Assembly: GCA_016704275.1 (NCBI GenBank)
Contig: JADJAK010000005.1
Coordinates: 336,246-400,245 of the forward strand
Source: Gemmatimonadota bacterium
GTDB lineage: Bacteria; Gemmatimonadota; Gemmatimonadetes; Gemmatimonadales; GWC2-71-9
Length of the DNA: 64,000 nucleotides
Direction: 5' to 3'
The notes under the pieces are model-generated. The model was not told where the DNA came from. It did no database searches and saw only the letters and a list, made by a program, of their open reading frames with translations. Shown in pieces: positions 40,860-50,731 of the stretch; positions within the stretch are counted from its first letter, which is position 1; the number at the start of each line of letters is the position of its first letter. The position numbers and the translations under genes are program-made.

Positions 40860-41314
40860 CGGCGGCCCCGGCGCGAGGGCAGGACCAGCCGTCGCAACTG
40901 CCCGATCATCCCGGTGCCAGTGCGCACCGTGCGGAGCGCGGTCGTGAGATCAAGCGCCGTCTCCTCGACCTCCTCCTGCACCACTTCGACCACCGCCTCG
41001 AAGTCGGCGAGTCGGCGCTGGGTCCGCTGCATCCCCTTCTCGACATCCTTCCGGAAGCGGCGCGTCGTATAGACGATTTCCCGCACCTCTTCCTTGGCGA
41101 GGTCGAGGACGTCGGCGCCTTCCTTCCCCAGCCGGCCAAAGGCTTGAAGGAGCGGCGACAGGTCGCGGCGGAGCTCGCCCAGTTCCTTGGCGAGAGACTG
41201 CCCGCGCTCGACGCCTTCACGGAGGGCAAAGAGGGCGGCAATCGCGATCCCCAGGAAGCAGAGGGCGATCACCAGCAGGGACAGGGCGACGGTTGGTCCG
41301 ACCCACGTGGGCAT
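40856..41314 (-). CDS. Membrane-anchored coiled-coil protein (DUF948-like)
   Basis: An N-terminal TM helix followed by a helical region with charged heptads. 4-nt overlap with the downstream gene. Confidence 0.4.
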   Translation of the reverse strand: MPTWVGPTVALSLLVIALCFLGIAIAALFALREGVERGQSLAKELGELRRDLSPLLQAFGRLGKEGADVLDLAKEEVREIVYTTRRFRKDVEKGMQRTQRRLADFEAVVEVVQEEVEETALDLTTALRTVRTGTGMIGQLRRLVLPSRRGRR

Positions 41315-41409
41315 AAGATGGCGCTCCAGTCCGGGGAGATTCTCCCCAAAGGTAATTCGCTCGTCCGGCGCCGCTTGCGGTGCTCCCGTCTTCCCGACGA
41401 GGTTTCCGC

Positions 41410-42693
41410 ATGGCCCCTCGATTTGTAGTTCGCGGTGGACGTCCCTTGGCCGGGACGATCCGCCCTGCTGGCAACAAGAACGCCGCCCTGCCGGTCATCG
41501 CCGCCACCCTGCTGGCGGACGGTCCGGTCCATCTCCAGAACATCCCGCGCATCCGGGACGTCGAGACGCTGCTCGAGCTGCTCGTCGACCTCGGGGCGTC
41601 GGTCAACTGGACCGGCCCCAACGCCGTCACCGTCGATACGCGTGCGGTGAAGCCGAAGCCACTCGACCCGGTCCTCTGCACGCGGATCCGCGCGTCGATC
41701 CTGCTTGCCGGCCCGCTCCTGGCCCGCTTCGGCGCCGTCACCCTTCCTCCGCCGGGGGGAGACGTCATTGGGCGTCGTCGCGTGGACACCCACTTCCTCG
41801 CCCTCGAGCGGCTGGGCGCGTTGGTGACCGTCGGCGATCGCTTCGAGATCGAGGCGAAGCAGCTGATCGGTGCCGACATCTTCCTCGACGAACCGAGCGT
41901 CACCGGCACCGAGAACGCGCTGATGGCAGCGGTAGCCGCCAAGGGGCGGACCACGCTCCGGAACGCCGCCTCCGAGCCGCACGTGCAGGACACGGCGCTG
42001 GTGCTCGTGGCGATGGGCGCCCACATCGAGGGGATCGGCAGCAACACCTACGTCATCGAAGGTGGCAAGCCGCTCGGCGGCTGCACCTACGCCATCGGCC
42101 CCGACCACATCGAGATCGGCTCGTTCATCGGCCTCGCCGCCGTGACCAACGGGCAGATCACGATCGACGGCGTTCGCCCCGACGATCTCCGCTCGATGTT
42201 GCTCGGCTTCGATCGCCTCGGCATCCGGCCGCGGATCGTCGGCGACCAGCTCATCGTCGATTCCGGCCAGGAGCGCCGCGTCCGCCCCGATCTGGGTGGT
42301 CACGTCCCCAAGCTCGAAGACGGCCCCTGGCCTGCCTTCCCGGCCGACGTGATGTCGATCGCGCTGGTCGCCGCGACGCAGTGCGAAGGGATGATCCTGA
42401 TGCACGAGAAGATGTTCGAGTCCCGGCTCTTCTTCGTCGACAAGCTGATCGGCATGGGCGCGCGCATCGTCCTCTGCGATCCGCACCGCGCCGTGATCAG
42501 CGGCCCGTCGGCGCTCCGGGGCGGCAAGGTGGAGTCGCCCGACATCCGCGCCGGGATGGCGATGGTGCTGGCGGCCCTCGCCGCCGATGGCGAGAGCTAC
42601 ATCCACAACATCGGGCAGGTCGAGCGCGGCTACGAGAACATCGACAAGCGCCTCATTGCCCTCGGAGCCGACCTCGAGCGTGTCGAGGGCTGA
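41410..42693 (+). CDS. murA: UDP-N-acetylglucosamine 1-carboxyvinyltransferase
   Basis: MAPRFVVRGGRPLAGTIRPAGNKNAALPVIAATLL and VERGYENIDKRLIALGADLERV. Confidence 0.95.
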   Translation: MAPRFVVRGGRPLAGTIRPAGNKNAALPVIAATLLADGPVHLQNIPRIRDVETLLELLVDLGASVNWTGPNAVTVDTRAVKPKPLDPVLCTRIRASILLAGPLLARFGAVTLPPPGGDVIGRRRVDTHFLALERLGALVTVGDRFEIEAKQLIGADIFLDEPSVTGTENALMAAVAAKGRTTLRNAASEPHVQDTALVLVAMGAHIEGIGSNTYVIEGGKPLGGCTYAIGPDHIEIGSFIGLAAVTNGQITIDGVRPDDLRSMLLGFDRLGIRPRIVGDQLIVDSGQERRVRPDLGGHVPKLEDGPWPAFPADVMSIALVAATQCEGMILMHEKMFESRLFFVDKLIGMGARIVLCDPHRAVISGPSALRGGKVESPDIRAGMAMVLAALAADGESYIHNIGQVERGYENIDKRLIALGADLERVEG

Positions 42694-43456
42694 CGAGCGC
42701 CGCCTCCCCGGTGACGTCCCACGGTGGGAGGTCCCGGGGTGGCGGGAGCGCTTCGGCGTCGTCGCCGGCATCACCGGCCGCGGCGACGATCCCACCACCC
42801 CCTTCGACCTGGGCCTCTGGACCGACCAGCCGGTCGGCGAGGTCATGGGGCGCTGGCGGGCCTTCCGCGCCTCCCTGACCGACACCCCGTCCATGGTGAT
42901 GGCCCACCAGGTCCACGGCGACCACGTCCTCTGGCACGGGGCCACGGCCGGCGGCTGGACCATCCACGAGGGAGCGGATGGCCATGCCACCGCTCGTCGG
43001 GGTCTCGCCCTGTTGGTGACCGTGGCCGACTGCGTCCCGATCTACCTCGTGGCCCCGGCCAAGGGGGCAATCGCCCTCCTCCATGCCGGCTGGCGGGGGA
43101 CGGCGGCCGGGATCCTCGCCAATGGCCTCCAGCTGCTCCACGGCCACGCCGGAGTGGAGCCCCCCGAGGTGGTCATGCACGCCGGGGTGGCGATCTCCGG
43201 CCCCTGTTACGAGGTCGGGGCCGAGGTGGTCACCGGGGTGGGGCTGGTGGCCGAGGGGCCGGGGCCCTGGCACCTCGACCTCCGGGCGGTCCTCCTCGAG
43301 CAGGCCAGGGCGCTCGGGGTGGGGGAGGCCACGGCCAGCGGACACTGCTCCTCGGCCCAGCGGGACGCCTTCTTTTCCCACCGGGGGAGCGGCGGCACGG
43401 ACGGCCGGATGGTGGCGTATCTGGGGCTCCCGTCCCCTTGCCGGGGCCCCGTCTGA
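42680..43456 (+). CDS. pgeF: Peptidoglycan editing factor PgeF (YfiH/DUF152, laccase-domain protein)
   Basis: HQVHGDHV, ADCVPIYL, LLHAGWRGTAAGI, GPCYEVG, and FFSHRG. GTG 42680 overlaps the murA end; the start is uncertain. Confidence 0.8.
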   Translation: MSRADERRLPGDVPRWEVPGWRERFGVVAGITGRGDDPTTPFDLGLWTDQPVGEVMGRWRAFRASLTDTPSMVMAHQVHGDHVLWHGATAGGWTIHEGADGHATARRGLALLVTVADCVPIYLVAPAKGAIALLHAGWRGTAAGILANGLQLLHGHAGVEPPEVVMHAGVAISGPCYEVGAEVVTGVGLVAEGPGPWHLDLRAVLLEQARALGVGEATASGHCSSAQRDAFFSHRGSGGTDGRMVAYLGLPSPCRGPV

Positions 43457-43503
43457 GGGGGTAGTTTTGGGTGCTGGGGGGACTTTCGTGCAGTTGGCGA
43501 TGT

Positions 43504-43530
43504 GTCGGGTATCCCCCGACATTTTTCTTT
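43504..43530 (+). terminator. Rho-independent terminator after pgeF
   Basis: GTCGGG-TATCC-CCCGAC followed by TTTTTCTTT. It lies inside the track ORF 43502.., which argues that rimP starts downstream. Confidence 0.55.
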
Positions 43531-43552
43531 ACCCCCACCTTCGGATGCGACG

Positions 43553-44050
43553 GTGACGCCACCCCTCCTCACGACCGACGTGCTGCGCGAGACGATCGCC
43601 GGACTCGGCTTCGAGTTGGTGGATGTGCGAGTGGGCGGATCGACGTCGAAACGAGTCGTCCGGATTCGCATGGACGTCCCCGGTGGTGGACGCCCGGGCC
43701 ACGGCGTCACCAGCAGCGATTGTCAGCTCGTCTCGCGGACGCTGGAAGCGGCGCTCGAGGCCGCCGGCGCGGTTGGTCCGCAGTGGGAACTGGAAGTGTC
43801 ATCGCCGGGGATCGAACGGCCCGTCCGTTTCCCCGAGCACTGGCAGCGGTACGTGGGGCGCGAGGTGCGCCTCAAGGCGATGGGGGTGCCCGGCGTCCGC
43901 AAGGCGCGGATCGTGGCGGTGCCCGATGCATTACACGTGACGCTGGACATGGGGGGCGAGACCGCCACCCTCGCGCTCGAGGCGATTCGCGATGCGACCC
44001 TCGTGTACGATTGGTCCAGGCAAGGCAACCGGGAAGCAGGAGAACCCTGA
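43553..44050 (+). CDS. rimP: Ribosome maturation factor RimP
   Basis: LRETIAGLGFELVDVRV and EVSSPGIERP. I prefer in-frame GTG 43553 because a terminator occupies 43504-30. TGATG junction with nusA. Confidence 0.8.
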   Translation: MTPPLLTTDVLRETIAGLGFELVDVRVGGSTSKRVVRIRMDVPGGGRPGHGVTSSDCQLVSRTLEAALEAAGAVGPQWELEVSSPGIERPVRFPEHWQRYVGREVRLKAMGVPGVRKARIVAVPDALHVTLDMGGETATLALEAIRDATLVYDWSRQGNREAGEP

Positions 44051-45369
44051 TGGCGACGTCCGCCGAGATGCTGTCGGCCTTTCGTGAACTGTCCAGCAGC
44101 AAGCAGCTCGATCGATCGGAACTGCTCGATCTGTTGCGTGATGGCATTCATGCGGCCCTGATGAAGAAGTACGGTCCCAACGTTCGCTTCGAGCTGAACG
44201 TGGACGAACTGCAGGGGACCCTCTCCGTCATCCGGCTCCGCCAGGTGTCCGACGTGGTCGAAGACGCGAGCGCGCAGGTCTCGCTCGAAGAGGCGCAATT
44301 CGAGGATCCCGACTTCCAGGTCGGCGACGTCCTCGAGGAAGAGGTGCCGTTCGAGGCCTTCGGCCGTCTCGCCGTGCAGGCCGCGAAGCAGCGCATCATC
44401 CAGCGCGTCCGCGAAGGCGAGCGCAATCGCATCCGCGACGAATTCGCCAACAAGGTCGGCGAGTTGCTCTCGGGCGAGATCCAGCAGGTCGAGCGCGGCA
44501 AGTTCGTGATCATGCTGAATCGCTTCCGCGAAGCCGAAGCCATCGTCCCGTATCGCGAGCAGAATCACCGCGAGCAGTTCAGCCAGGGCGACACGATCCG
44601 CGCGGTGCTCAAGCGCCTCGAGGAGACCCCGAAGGGGCCGCGGCTGATTCTCTCGCGTGGCGACCCGCTCTTCGTGAAGGCGCTGTTCAAGCTCGAGGTC
44701 CCGGAAATCCAGCAGCAGATCGTGGAAATCCGCGGCATCGCCCGCGAAGTCGGCAGCCGCACCAAGGTCGCCGTCATCTCGCGTGACGACGCCATCGATC
44801 CGGTGGGTGCCTGCGTCGGCCTCAAGGGGTCGCGCGTGCAGGCCGTCGTGAACGAACTCGGCGGCGAACGCATCGACATCGTCCCCTGGTCGCCCGATCC
44901 GGAACGCTTTGCCCGGTTGGCGCTCGCGCCGGCCCGCGTGGCGAAGGTGTTCTCCGATCCGGCCACCAAGACGATCCAGGCCGTGGTCGACGAGGACCAG
45001 CTCTCGCTGGCGATCGGCCGCAACGGGCAGAACGTGCGGCTCGCCTCGGAACTGACCGGCTGGAAGATCGATCTCTATTCGAGCCGCGAGTGGTTGGAGC
45101 GCGGTGGCGAAGGGCCGTTGTTCGCGCTCGCCTCGACGGACGAGGAAGCGGAGACGCGCGTCCCGCTGGCGCAGCTGGAAGGGCTCTCGCCCGAACTGGT
45201 CGCGATTCTCGATCAGGCCGGCTACACCACGCTGAACGACGTGATCGACCTCGAGGCCGAGGACATCGCGAAGATCCCCGGGATGACCGGTGGCACGGCG
45301 GAAGAGTTGCTCCGCTTCGTGACCGATCTCACCGAGGACGAGCCCGAGGGTGACGCCCCTCCCGCCTGA
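44050..45369 (+). CDS. nusA: Transcription termination/antitermination factor NusA
   Basis: MATSAEMLSAFRELSSSKQLDRSELL, S1 and two KH domains (GACVGLKGSRVQAVVNELGGERIDIV), and a C-terminal HhH region. Confidence 0.95.
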   Translation: MATSAEMLSAFRELSSSKQLDRSELLDLLRDGIHAALMKKYGPNVRFELNVDELQGTLSVIRLRQVSDVVEDASAQVSLEEAQFEDPDFQVGDVLEEEVPFEAFGRLAVQAAKQRIIQRVREGERNRIRDEFANKVGELLSGEIQQVERGKFVIMLNRFREAEAIVPYREQNHREQFSQGDTIRAVLKRLEETPKGPRLILSRGDPLFVKALFKLEVPEIQQQIVEIRGIAREVGSRTKVAVISRDDAIDPVGACVGLKGSRVQAVVNELGGERIDIVPWSPDPERFARLALAPARVAKVFSDPATKTIQAVVDEDQLSLAIGRNGQNVRLASELTGWKIDLYSSREWLERGGEGPLFALASTDEEAETRVPLAQLEGLSPELVAILDQAGYTTLNDVIDLEAEDIAKIPGMTGGTAEELLRFVTDLTEDEPEGDAPPA

Positions 45370-45676
45370 CGCAGCGGCGCGTCTCCTCGGCCTCATCGGC
45401 CTGGGAGTGCGCGGTGGCGGCGTGAGCATTGGCGTGGATGGGACACGCGCCCTGTTGCAGCGGCGCGAGTGCCTGCTGGTGGTGGTGGCATCGGACGCCA
45501 CGCAGCGGGTGCAGGACAAGGTGGTACGGTTGGCCAAAGGCATCAGCGTCCCGGTTCTGGTGGGGCCCGATGCCGACTCGCTCGGGGCACGGCTGGGACG
45601 CCCCGCGACGATGGTGGTGGGAGTGCAGGATCGGGCGCTGGCGGCGGGAATCCTCGCCGTGAATCGCGACCCGTGA
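45350..45676 (+). CDS. L7Ae/L30e-family RNA-binding protein (YlxQ-like)
   Basis: 108 aa with LLGLIGLGVRGGGVSIGVDGTRALLQRRECLLVVVASDA, in the position between nusA and infB. No YlxR/DUF448 ORF is present. Confidence 0.65.
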   Translation: MTPLPPDAAARLLGLIGLGVRGGGVSIGVDGTRALLQRRECLLVVVASDATQRVQDKVVRLAKGISVPVLVGPDADSLGARLGRPATMVVGVQDRALAAGILAVNRDP

Positions 45677-45699
45677 CAGGACCTGACGGAGGGTAGGGA

Positions 45700-48576
45700 G
45701 TGGTCAAGAGCAGAGTGCACGACCTCGCCGCGGAGTTTGGCGTTCCCGTTGAGCAGGTGATGGGAATGTTGCGCGAGATGAACATCTTCGTGCGCAGTCA
45801 CTTGTCGGCGTTGGAGCCGGACCAGGTGGCGGCGGCGCGAGTGCGTTGGGAGCGGGAAAAGCGGAAGGCAGCCGAAGCGCCGGCCCCGAAGAAGGGGCGT
45901 CGCAAGGTGGCCGAGGCCGCGCCTGCCCCGACGCCGGCAGACGCCAAGCCGGTTCGCCGTCGCCGCACCGCCGCCGAAGTCGCCGAGGCCGAGGCCAAGG
46001 CCGCCGAGGAGGCCGAGGAAGTCGCCGCACGCGGTGGCCTGCTCGATCTCGAGCCGCTCGTCCTCGAGGTTCCGGTCGCCGAGGCGAAGCCGGTGCTCTC
46101 GCTCGAGGAGCGCGCCAAGCTGCTCTTCAAGGATCTGCCGCCCGCGCCGCCGGAGCCGGAGCCGACCGTCGTCGAGCCCCGCGCCGTCGAGTCCGCCGAA
46201 TCGGCTGAGCCGGCCGTTGCCGCCGATGCCGCGCCTGCCGCCGAGCCGGTGGCTCCCGTGGCCGCCGTCGTGCGTCCGCCGCTTCCGCCGATGCCGCCGC
46301 GGCCCCAGCCGTCGCGCCCGACCACGCCGCCGCCTGCCGCCAGTGGCACGTCGGCCGGTGGACCGGCCAAGCCGTTCATCCCGCCGCGCGTGCAGCGCCC
46401 GGCGCCGGGGAGCGGCCATTCGTCCGGTGGGCATTCATCGGGTGGGCAGAGCGGTCCTGGTGGCCGTCCGCGCCCGGTCTTCTCGTCGAGCAATCCGTCG
46501 CAGGGTCGTGGCGGCAGTGGTGGCGGTGGTGGCAGCGGCGCGATCCCGACGCAGGTCGGCAACGCCGGTTCGACCGCACCGCGCACCTTCGGGCCTGACG
46601 CGCAGCCGGGTGGTGGCCGCAAGAAGGGGCCGGGCAAGAAGGGGAAGAAGAGCTTCGTCGATCAGGATCAGGTGCAAGCCAACATCCTGAAGACGCTGCA
46701 CGGGATGAAGGGTCCCGCGCCGCGCCGGAAGATCCGCTCCGACGAGCCGTCGTACCGCGACATCATCGCGTCGCGCGCGGCCGAGGAGAAGGAGCGCGAG
46801 AAGACGATCATCCGCGTCAACGAATTCATCTCGGTGAGCGAGCTCGCCGAGGCGATGAAGGTGCCGGCCAACCAGATCGTCGCGTTCGCCTTCAAGGAAC
46901 TCGGCCTGATGGTCACGGTGAACCAGCGGCTCGACTTCGACCAGATCGAACTGATCGCCTCCGAGTTCGGCTTCCAGGCCGTGCGCGAAGAGGAGTATCA
47001 CGCCGAGGTCGTCGAGGAAGAGGTGGAGGAAGAGGGCACCCTCTCCCCGCGTCCGCCGGTCGTCACCATCATGGGTCACGTCGACCACGGCAAGACGTCG
47101 TTGCTCGACTACATCCGGAAGGCCAACGTCGCCGCCGGCGAGGCCGGTGGCATCACGCAGCACATCGGTGCCTACCAGATCGAAATGGGTGGCAAGTCGA
47201 TCACCTTCCTCGACACCCCGGGCCACCAGGCCTTCACCACGATGAGAGCCCGTGGCGCGCAGGTGACGGACATCGTCGTCCTCGTCGTGGCAGCCGATGA
47301 CCAGGTGATGCCGCAGACGATCGAAGCCATCTCGCACGCCAAGAATGCCGGCGTGCCGATCGTCGTCGCGATCAACAAGATCGACCTCCCGGCGGCAAAC
47401 CCCGGCAAGGTCAAGCAGGACCTCTTGCAGCACAGCGTGGTGCTCGAAGAGTTCGGTGGCACCACCCTGCACTCGATGATCTCGGCCAAGAAGGGCACCG
47501 GGATCCAGGAACTGCTGGAGCAGCTGCTCCTCCAGGCCGAAATCCTCGAGCTCAAGGCCAATGCCGATGCCAAGGCGCACGGCACCGTCATCGAAGCGAC
47601 GCTCGACGCCGGCAAGGGCCCCCTCGCGACCATCCTGGTCCAGAAGGGCACCCTTCGCGTCGGCGAGAACTTCATCTGCGGCAAGTACTCGGGTCGTGTC
47701 CGCGCGCTGTACGACGAGCGTGGCAAGGCCGTGAAGTCGGCCGGGCCGTCGATCCCGGTGCAGGTCCTCGGCTTCGAGGGCGTGCCGGCCGCCGGTGACA
47801 CCTTCATCGCCATGACCGACGCCGTCGAGGCGCGTGACATCGCGCAGAAGCGGCAGCGGCTCGAGCGCGAGGCGCAGAACCGGCGCTCGGCGCGCGGCGG
47901 CACGCTCGAGGATATCTCGCGCGCGCTGAAGGAAGGCGCCGTCTCGCAGCTGCGGATCATCATCAAGGCCGACCAGGGCGGCCCGGCGGAAGCACTCGCC
48001 GACTCGCTCGCGCAGCTCGGCACCAACGAAGTGCGCGTGGACATCGTCCACCGCGGCGTCGGCCAGATCTCCGAATCCGACGTGCTGCTCGCGAAGGCCT
48101 CGGGCGCCATCATCCTCGGCTTCCACGTCCGTCCCGACGCCAATGCGCGCTCGGCGGCGGAACGCGAGGGCGTGGACATCCGGACGTACCGGATCATCTA
48201 CGAGGCCGTCGAGGACGTGAAGAACGCGCTCGAAGGGCTGCTCAAGCCGGAAGAGAAGGAAACCATCCTCGGCGAAGCCGAAGTGCGCGAGGTGTTCAAG
48301 GTCACGCGCGTCGGCACCATCGCCGGCTGCATGGTCCGGAGCGGCATCATTCCGCGCACCGCGCGGGTGCGTCTCCTCCGCGACGGCTCGGTGGTCTACA
48401 CCGGCAACCTCGGCTCGCTCAAGCGGTTCAAGGACGACGCCAAGGAAGTCCGTGAAGGCCTCGAGTGCGGTATCGGCATCGAGAACTTCAACGACGTGAA
48501 GGTCGGCGACGTGATCGAGGCGTTCCGGACCGAAGAGGTCAAGCGCACGCTCGCGGCCTCGGCTGCACAGGACTAG
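45700..48576 (+). CDS. infB: Translation initiation factor IF-2
   Basis: GTG start after GGAGGGTAGGGA, a Pro/Ala/Gly-rich N-terminal region, and the G domain IMGHVDHGKTSLLD, DTPGH, NKID. Confidence 0.97.
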   Translation: MVKSRVHDLAAEFGVPVEQVMGMLREMNIFVRSHLSALEPDQVAAARVRWEREKRKAAEAPAPKKGRRKVAEAAPAPTPADAKPVRRRRTAAEVAEAEAKAAEEAEEVAARGGLLDLEPLVLEVPVAEAKPVLSLEERAKLLFKDLPPAPPEPEPTVVEPRAVESAESAEPAVAADAAPAAEPVAPVAAVVRPPLPPMPPRPQPSRPTTPPPAASGTSAGGPAKPFIPPRVQRPAPGSGHSSGGHSSGGQSGPGGRPRPVFSSSNPSQGRGGSGGGGGSGAIPTQVGNAGSTAPRTFGPDAQPGGGRKKGPGKKGKKSFVDQDQVQANILKTLHGMKGPAPRRKIRSDEPSYRDIIASRAAEEKEREKTIIRVNEFISVSELAEAMKVPANQIVAFAFKELGLMVTVNQRLDFDQIELIASEFGFQAVREEEYHAEVVEEEVEEEGTLSPRPPVVTIMGHVDHGKTSLLDYIRKANVAAGEAGGITQHIGAYQIEMGGKSITFLDTPGHQAFTTMRARGAQVTDIVVLVVAADDQVMPQTIEAISHAKNAGVPIVVAINKIDLPAANPGKVKQDLLQHSVVLEEFGGTTLHSMISAKKGTGIQELLEQLLLQAEILELKANADAKAHGTVIEATLDAGKGPLATILVQKGTLRVGENFICGKYSGRVRALYDERGKAVKSAGPSIPVQVLGFEGVPAAGDTFIAMTDAVEARDIAQKRQRLEREAQNRRSARGGTLEDISRALKEGAVSQLRIIIKADQGGPAEALADSLAQLGTNEVRVDIVHRGVGQISESDVLLAKASGAIILGFHVRPDANARSAAEREGVDIRTYRIIYEAVEDVKNALEGLLKPEEKETILGEAEVREVFKVTRVGTIAGCMVRSGIIPRTARVRLLRDGSVVYTGNLGSLKRFKDDAKEVREGLECGIGIENFNDVKVGDVIEAFRTEEVKRTLAASAAQD

Positions 48577-48579
48577 GCC

Positions 48580-48951
48580 ATGGCAGGGAAGGGGAATTCG
48601 CGGCGCCCGGAGCAGGTGGGTGAGACGATCCGGGCGGTGCTCGCCGAGGCGCTGTTGCGCGGCGAGGTGCGCGATCCCCGCGTGGGGATGGTGACCGTCA
48701 GTGCGGTGGAAGTCACTCGCGACCTGTCGCATGCGACGGTCCGGGTGGTGCCGCACGGCGAACCGGCGGAGCGTGAGGCCGCCGTGGAAGGGTTGCAGCG
48801 AGCGGCGGGGTTCCTGCGCGGCTTTGTCGCGAAGGCGCTGACCACTCGCATCACGCCCGAGTTGCACTTCGTGCTGGATCGCGGGTTCGAGCACGCGCTG
48901 GAGATCGATCGCCTCCTGGCGGGCCTGAAGCGCGAGGAGGAGGCCTCCTGA
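48580..48951 (+). CDS. rbfA: Ribosome-binding factor A
   Basis: RVGETIRAVLAEALLRGEVRDPRVGMVTVSAVEVTRDLSHATV. Confidence 0.9.
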   Translation: MAGKGNSRRPEQVGETIRAVLAEALLRGEVRDPRVGMVTVSAVEVTRDLSHATVRVVPHGEPAEREAAVEGLQRAAGFLRGFVAKALTTRITPELHFVLDRGFEHALEIDRLLAGLKREEEAS

Positions 48952-48959
48952 TCGGGGGG

Positions 48960-49805
48960 ATGCTCATTGACAAGCCGGTGGGCTGGACCTCGCACGATGT
49001 CGTGGCGGCGGTACGGCGACAGTTGGGAACGCGCAGTGTCGGCCACGCCGGCACGCTCGATCCCTTCGCCACGGGACTGCTGGTGGTGCTGATCGGACGG
49101 GCCACCCGACTCGCGCGCTTCGTCGAAGCCGGCGAGAAGGGGTATGAGGCCACGATCCGCTTCGGCATCGGCACCGACACCGACGACTCCGCCGGCACGC
49201 CGACCGTGACGGTCGAGCCCGACGCCTGGCCGACGCGCGAGGCGCTGGAACAGGCCGCGGCGTCGCTCGAAGGGGTGCAGTCGCAGCGACCGCCGGCCTA
49301 TTCGGCGAAACATGTGGGTGGCACCCGCGCGTACGTGCTGGCGCGCGCCGGGGAGACGGTCGATCTCGCGCCGGTCGATGTCATGGTGCATCGCCTGACA
49401 CTCGGGGAATGGACGCCGCCGATGCTGACGATGCACGCGACGGTGGGCCGCGGGACCTACATCCGGGCGTTGGCGAGGGACCTGGGGAGCCGTGTCGGAT
49501 TGCCGGCCCACTGCGCCACGCTGCGACGGACCTCGATCGGTCCCTTTTCGGTGGCCGATGCCGTGACGCCGGAGGAGATCTCGTTGGAGGCGTTGCGCAG
49601 CCCGGTCGAGATGGTGGCGATGCTGCCGCAGGTCCGGCTCGATGCAGCGGCCGCGCGGGATGTCGGCTTCGGCCGGTCGGTGCCGCAGCAGGACGCGCAG
49701 GAGGGGCATGCCGCACTCCTCGCCGAGGATGGTCGGCTGCTCGCGGTGGCTGGGGCGGTGAATGGTCGGTGGCAACCCGAGGTCGTGCTGGAGCCTGCGG
49801 CATGA
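48960..49805 (+). CDS. truB: tRNA pseudouridine(55) synthase
   Basis: GMLIDKPVGWTSHDVV and GHAGTLDPFATGLLVVLIG. Confidence 0.93.
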   Translation: MLIDKPVGWTSHDVVAAVRRQLGTRSVGHAGTLDPFATGLLVVLIGRATRLARFVEAGEKGYEATIRFGIGTDTDDSAGTPTVTVEPDAWPTREALEQAAASLEGVQSQRPPAYSAKHVGGTRAYVLARAGETVDLAPVDVMVHRLTLGEWTPPMLTMHATVGRGTYIRALARDLGSRVGLPAHCATLRRTSIGPFSVADAVTPEEISLEALRSPVEMVAMLPQVRLDAAAARDVGFGRSVPQQDAQEGHAALLAEDGRLLAVAGAVNGRWQPEVVLEPAA

Positions 49806-50731
49806 CGGGGAGCGTGGTGACGGTTGGCACCTTCGATGGCGTGCACCGTGGACACCACGCGGTGCTGGCCGAGATCCATCGCAGGGCGGTGAGCAGTGGG
49901 CGGCGCAGCATGCTGGTGACCTTCGAGCCGCATCCGCTCGAAGTGGTGAATCCGGATGCAGCGCCCGCACTCTTGACCACGACGACGGAACGGCTCGCCG
50001 CCCTCGCCACCAGCGGGATCGATCGGGTGATGACGTTGCGGTTCGACCGGGCGATGGCGGCCCTCGATCCGGCGGACTTTGTCGATCAGGTGTTGCTGCC
50101 GCGCTGTGACCTGCGCGAGTTGGTGATTGGGCATGACCACGGCTTCGGCCGAGGCCGGCAGGGCGATGTGGCGACGCTGCAAGCGTTGGGTGCGTCACGA
50201 GGCTTTCCGGTGGATGTGGTGGCGCCGGTGCGGCTCCCCGACGGACTGCCGGTGTCGAGCACCGCGATTCGCCGGGCAGTCACCGGTGGCGACCTCGGCG
50301 CAGCGGCCAGGATGCTTGGCCGGCTGTACACGGTTGAAGGGGTGGTGCAGCGCGGCGAGAGGCGTGGGCGTGAGCTCGGCTTCCCGACCTGCAACCTCGC
50401 AATCGAGGCTCGCAAGTTGTTGCCACCCGACGGCGTCTACGCCGTGGTGGTCGAGACACCCGCCGGCCGGTTCGGCGGCATGATGAACCAGGGACACCGG
50501 CCGACGTTCGACGACGGCCGCCGCCTCCTGGAGGCCCACCTCTTCGGGTTCGAGGGGGTCCTGTACGATCGGAGCATCAGCGTCCAGTGGGTCGCGCTGC
50601 TCCGTGACATCCGCCGATTCGATTCGGTGGCAAGCCTCCGGCAGCAATTGGAGGTGGATTCGCACCGCGCCCGGACCATGCTGGCCGTGGCGCACCCGGA
50701 CCTTGAAGCGCCCTTACGGGCGTCCGAGTGA
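49802..50731 (+). CDS. ribF: Bifunctional riboflavin kinase / FAD synthetase
   Basis: VVTVGTFDGVHRGHHAVL and the kinase region GRELGFPTCNL. ATGA overlap with truB. Confidence 0.93.
   Translation: MTGSVVTVGTFDGVHRGHHAVLAEIHRRAVSSGRRSMLVTFEPHPLEVVNPDAAPALLTTTTERLAALATSGIDRVMTLRFDRAMAALDPADFVDQVLLPRCDLRELVIGHDHGFGRGRQGDVATLQALGASRGFPVDVVAPVRLPDGLPVSSTAIRRAVTGGDLGAAARMLGRLYTVEGVVQRGERRGRELGFPTCNLAIEARKLLPPDGVYAVVVETPAGRFGGMMNQGHRPTFDDGRRLLEAHLFGFEGVLYDRSISVQWVALLRDIRRFDSVASLRQQLEVDSHRARTMLAVAHPDLEAPLRASE

Noticed and set aside
41187-42990. 563-aa (+) and 573-aa (-) ORFs overlapping murA
   Set aside because: The MurA frame is unambiguous. The alternatives are Arg/Pro/Gly-rich off-frame or antisense read-through.
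46150-46640. Apparent tandem DNA repeats in the infB 5' region (and a similar Pro-codon tract at 700-800)
   Set aside because: These are codon-level low complexity encoding the Pro/Ala/Gly-rich IF-2 N-terminus and the BatC tail. They are in frame and typical for these proteins.
43723-48894. 903-aa and 819-aa ORFs (43723..46434, 46435..48894) on the minus strand
   Set aside because: Both are antisense to nusA, infB and rbfA. They have extreme Arg/Gly/Asp content and no recognisable domains, so they are GC-driven open frames.
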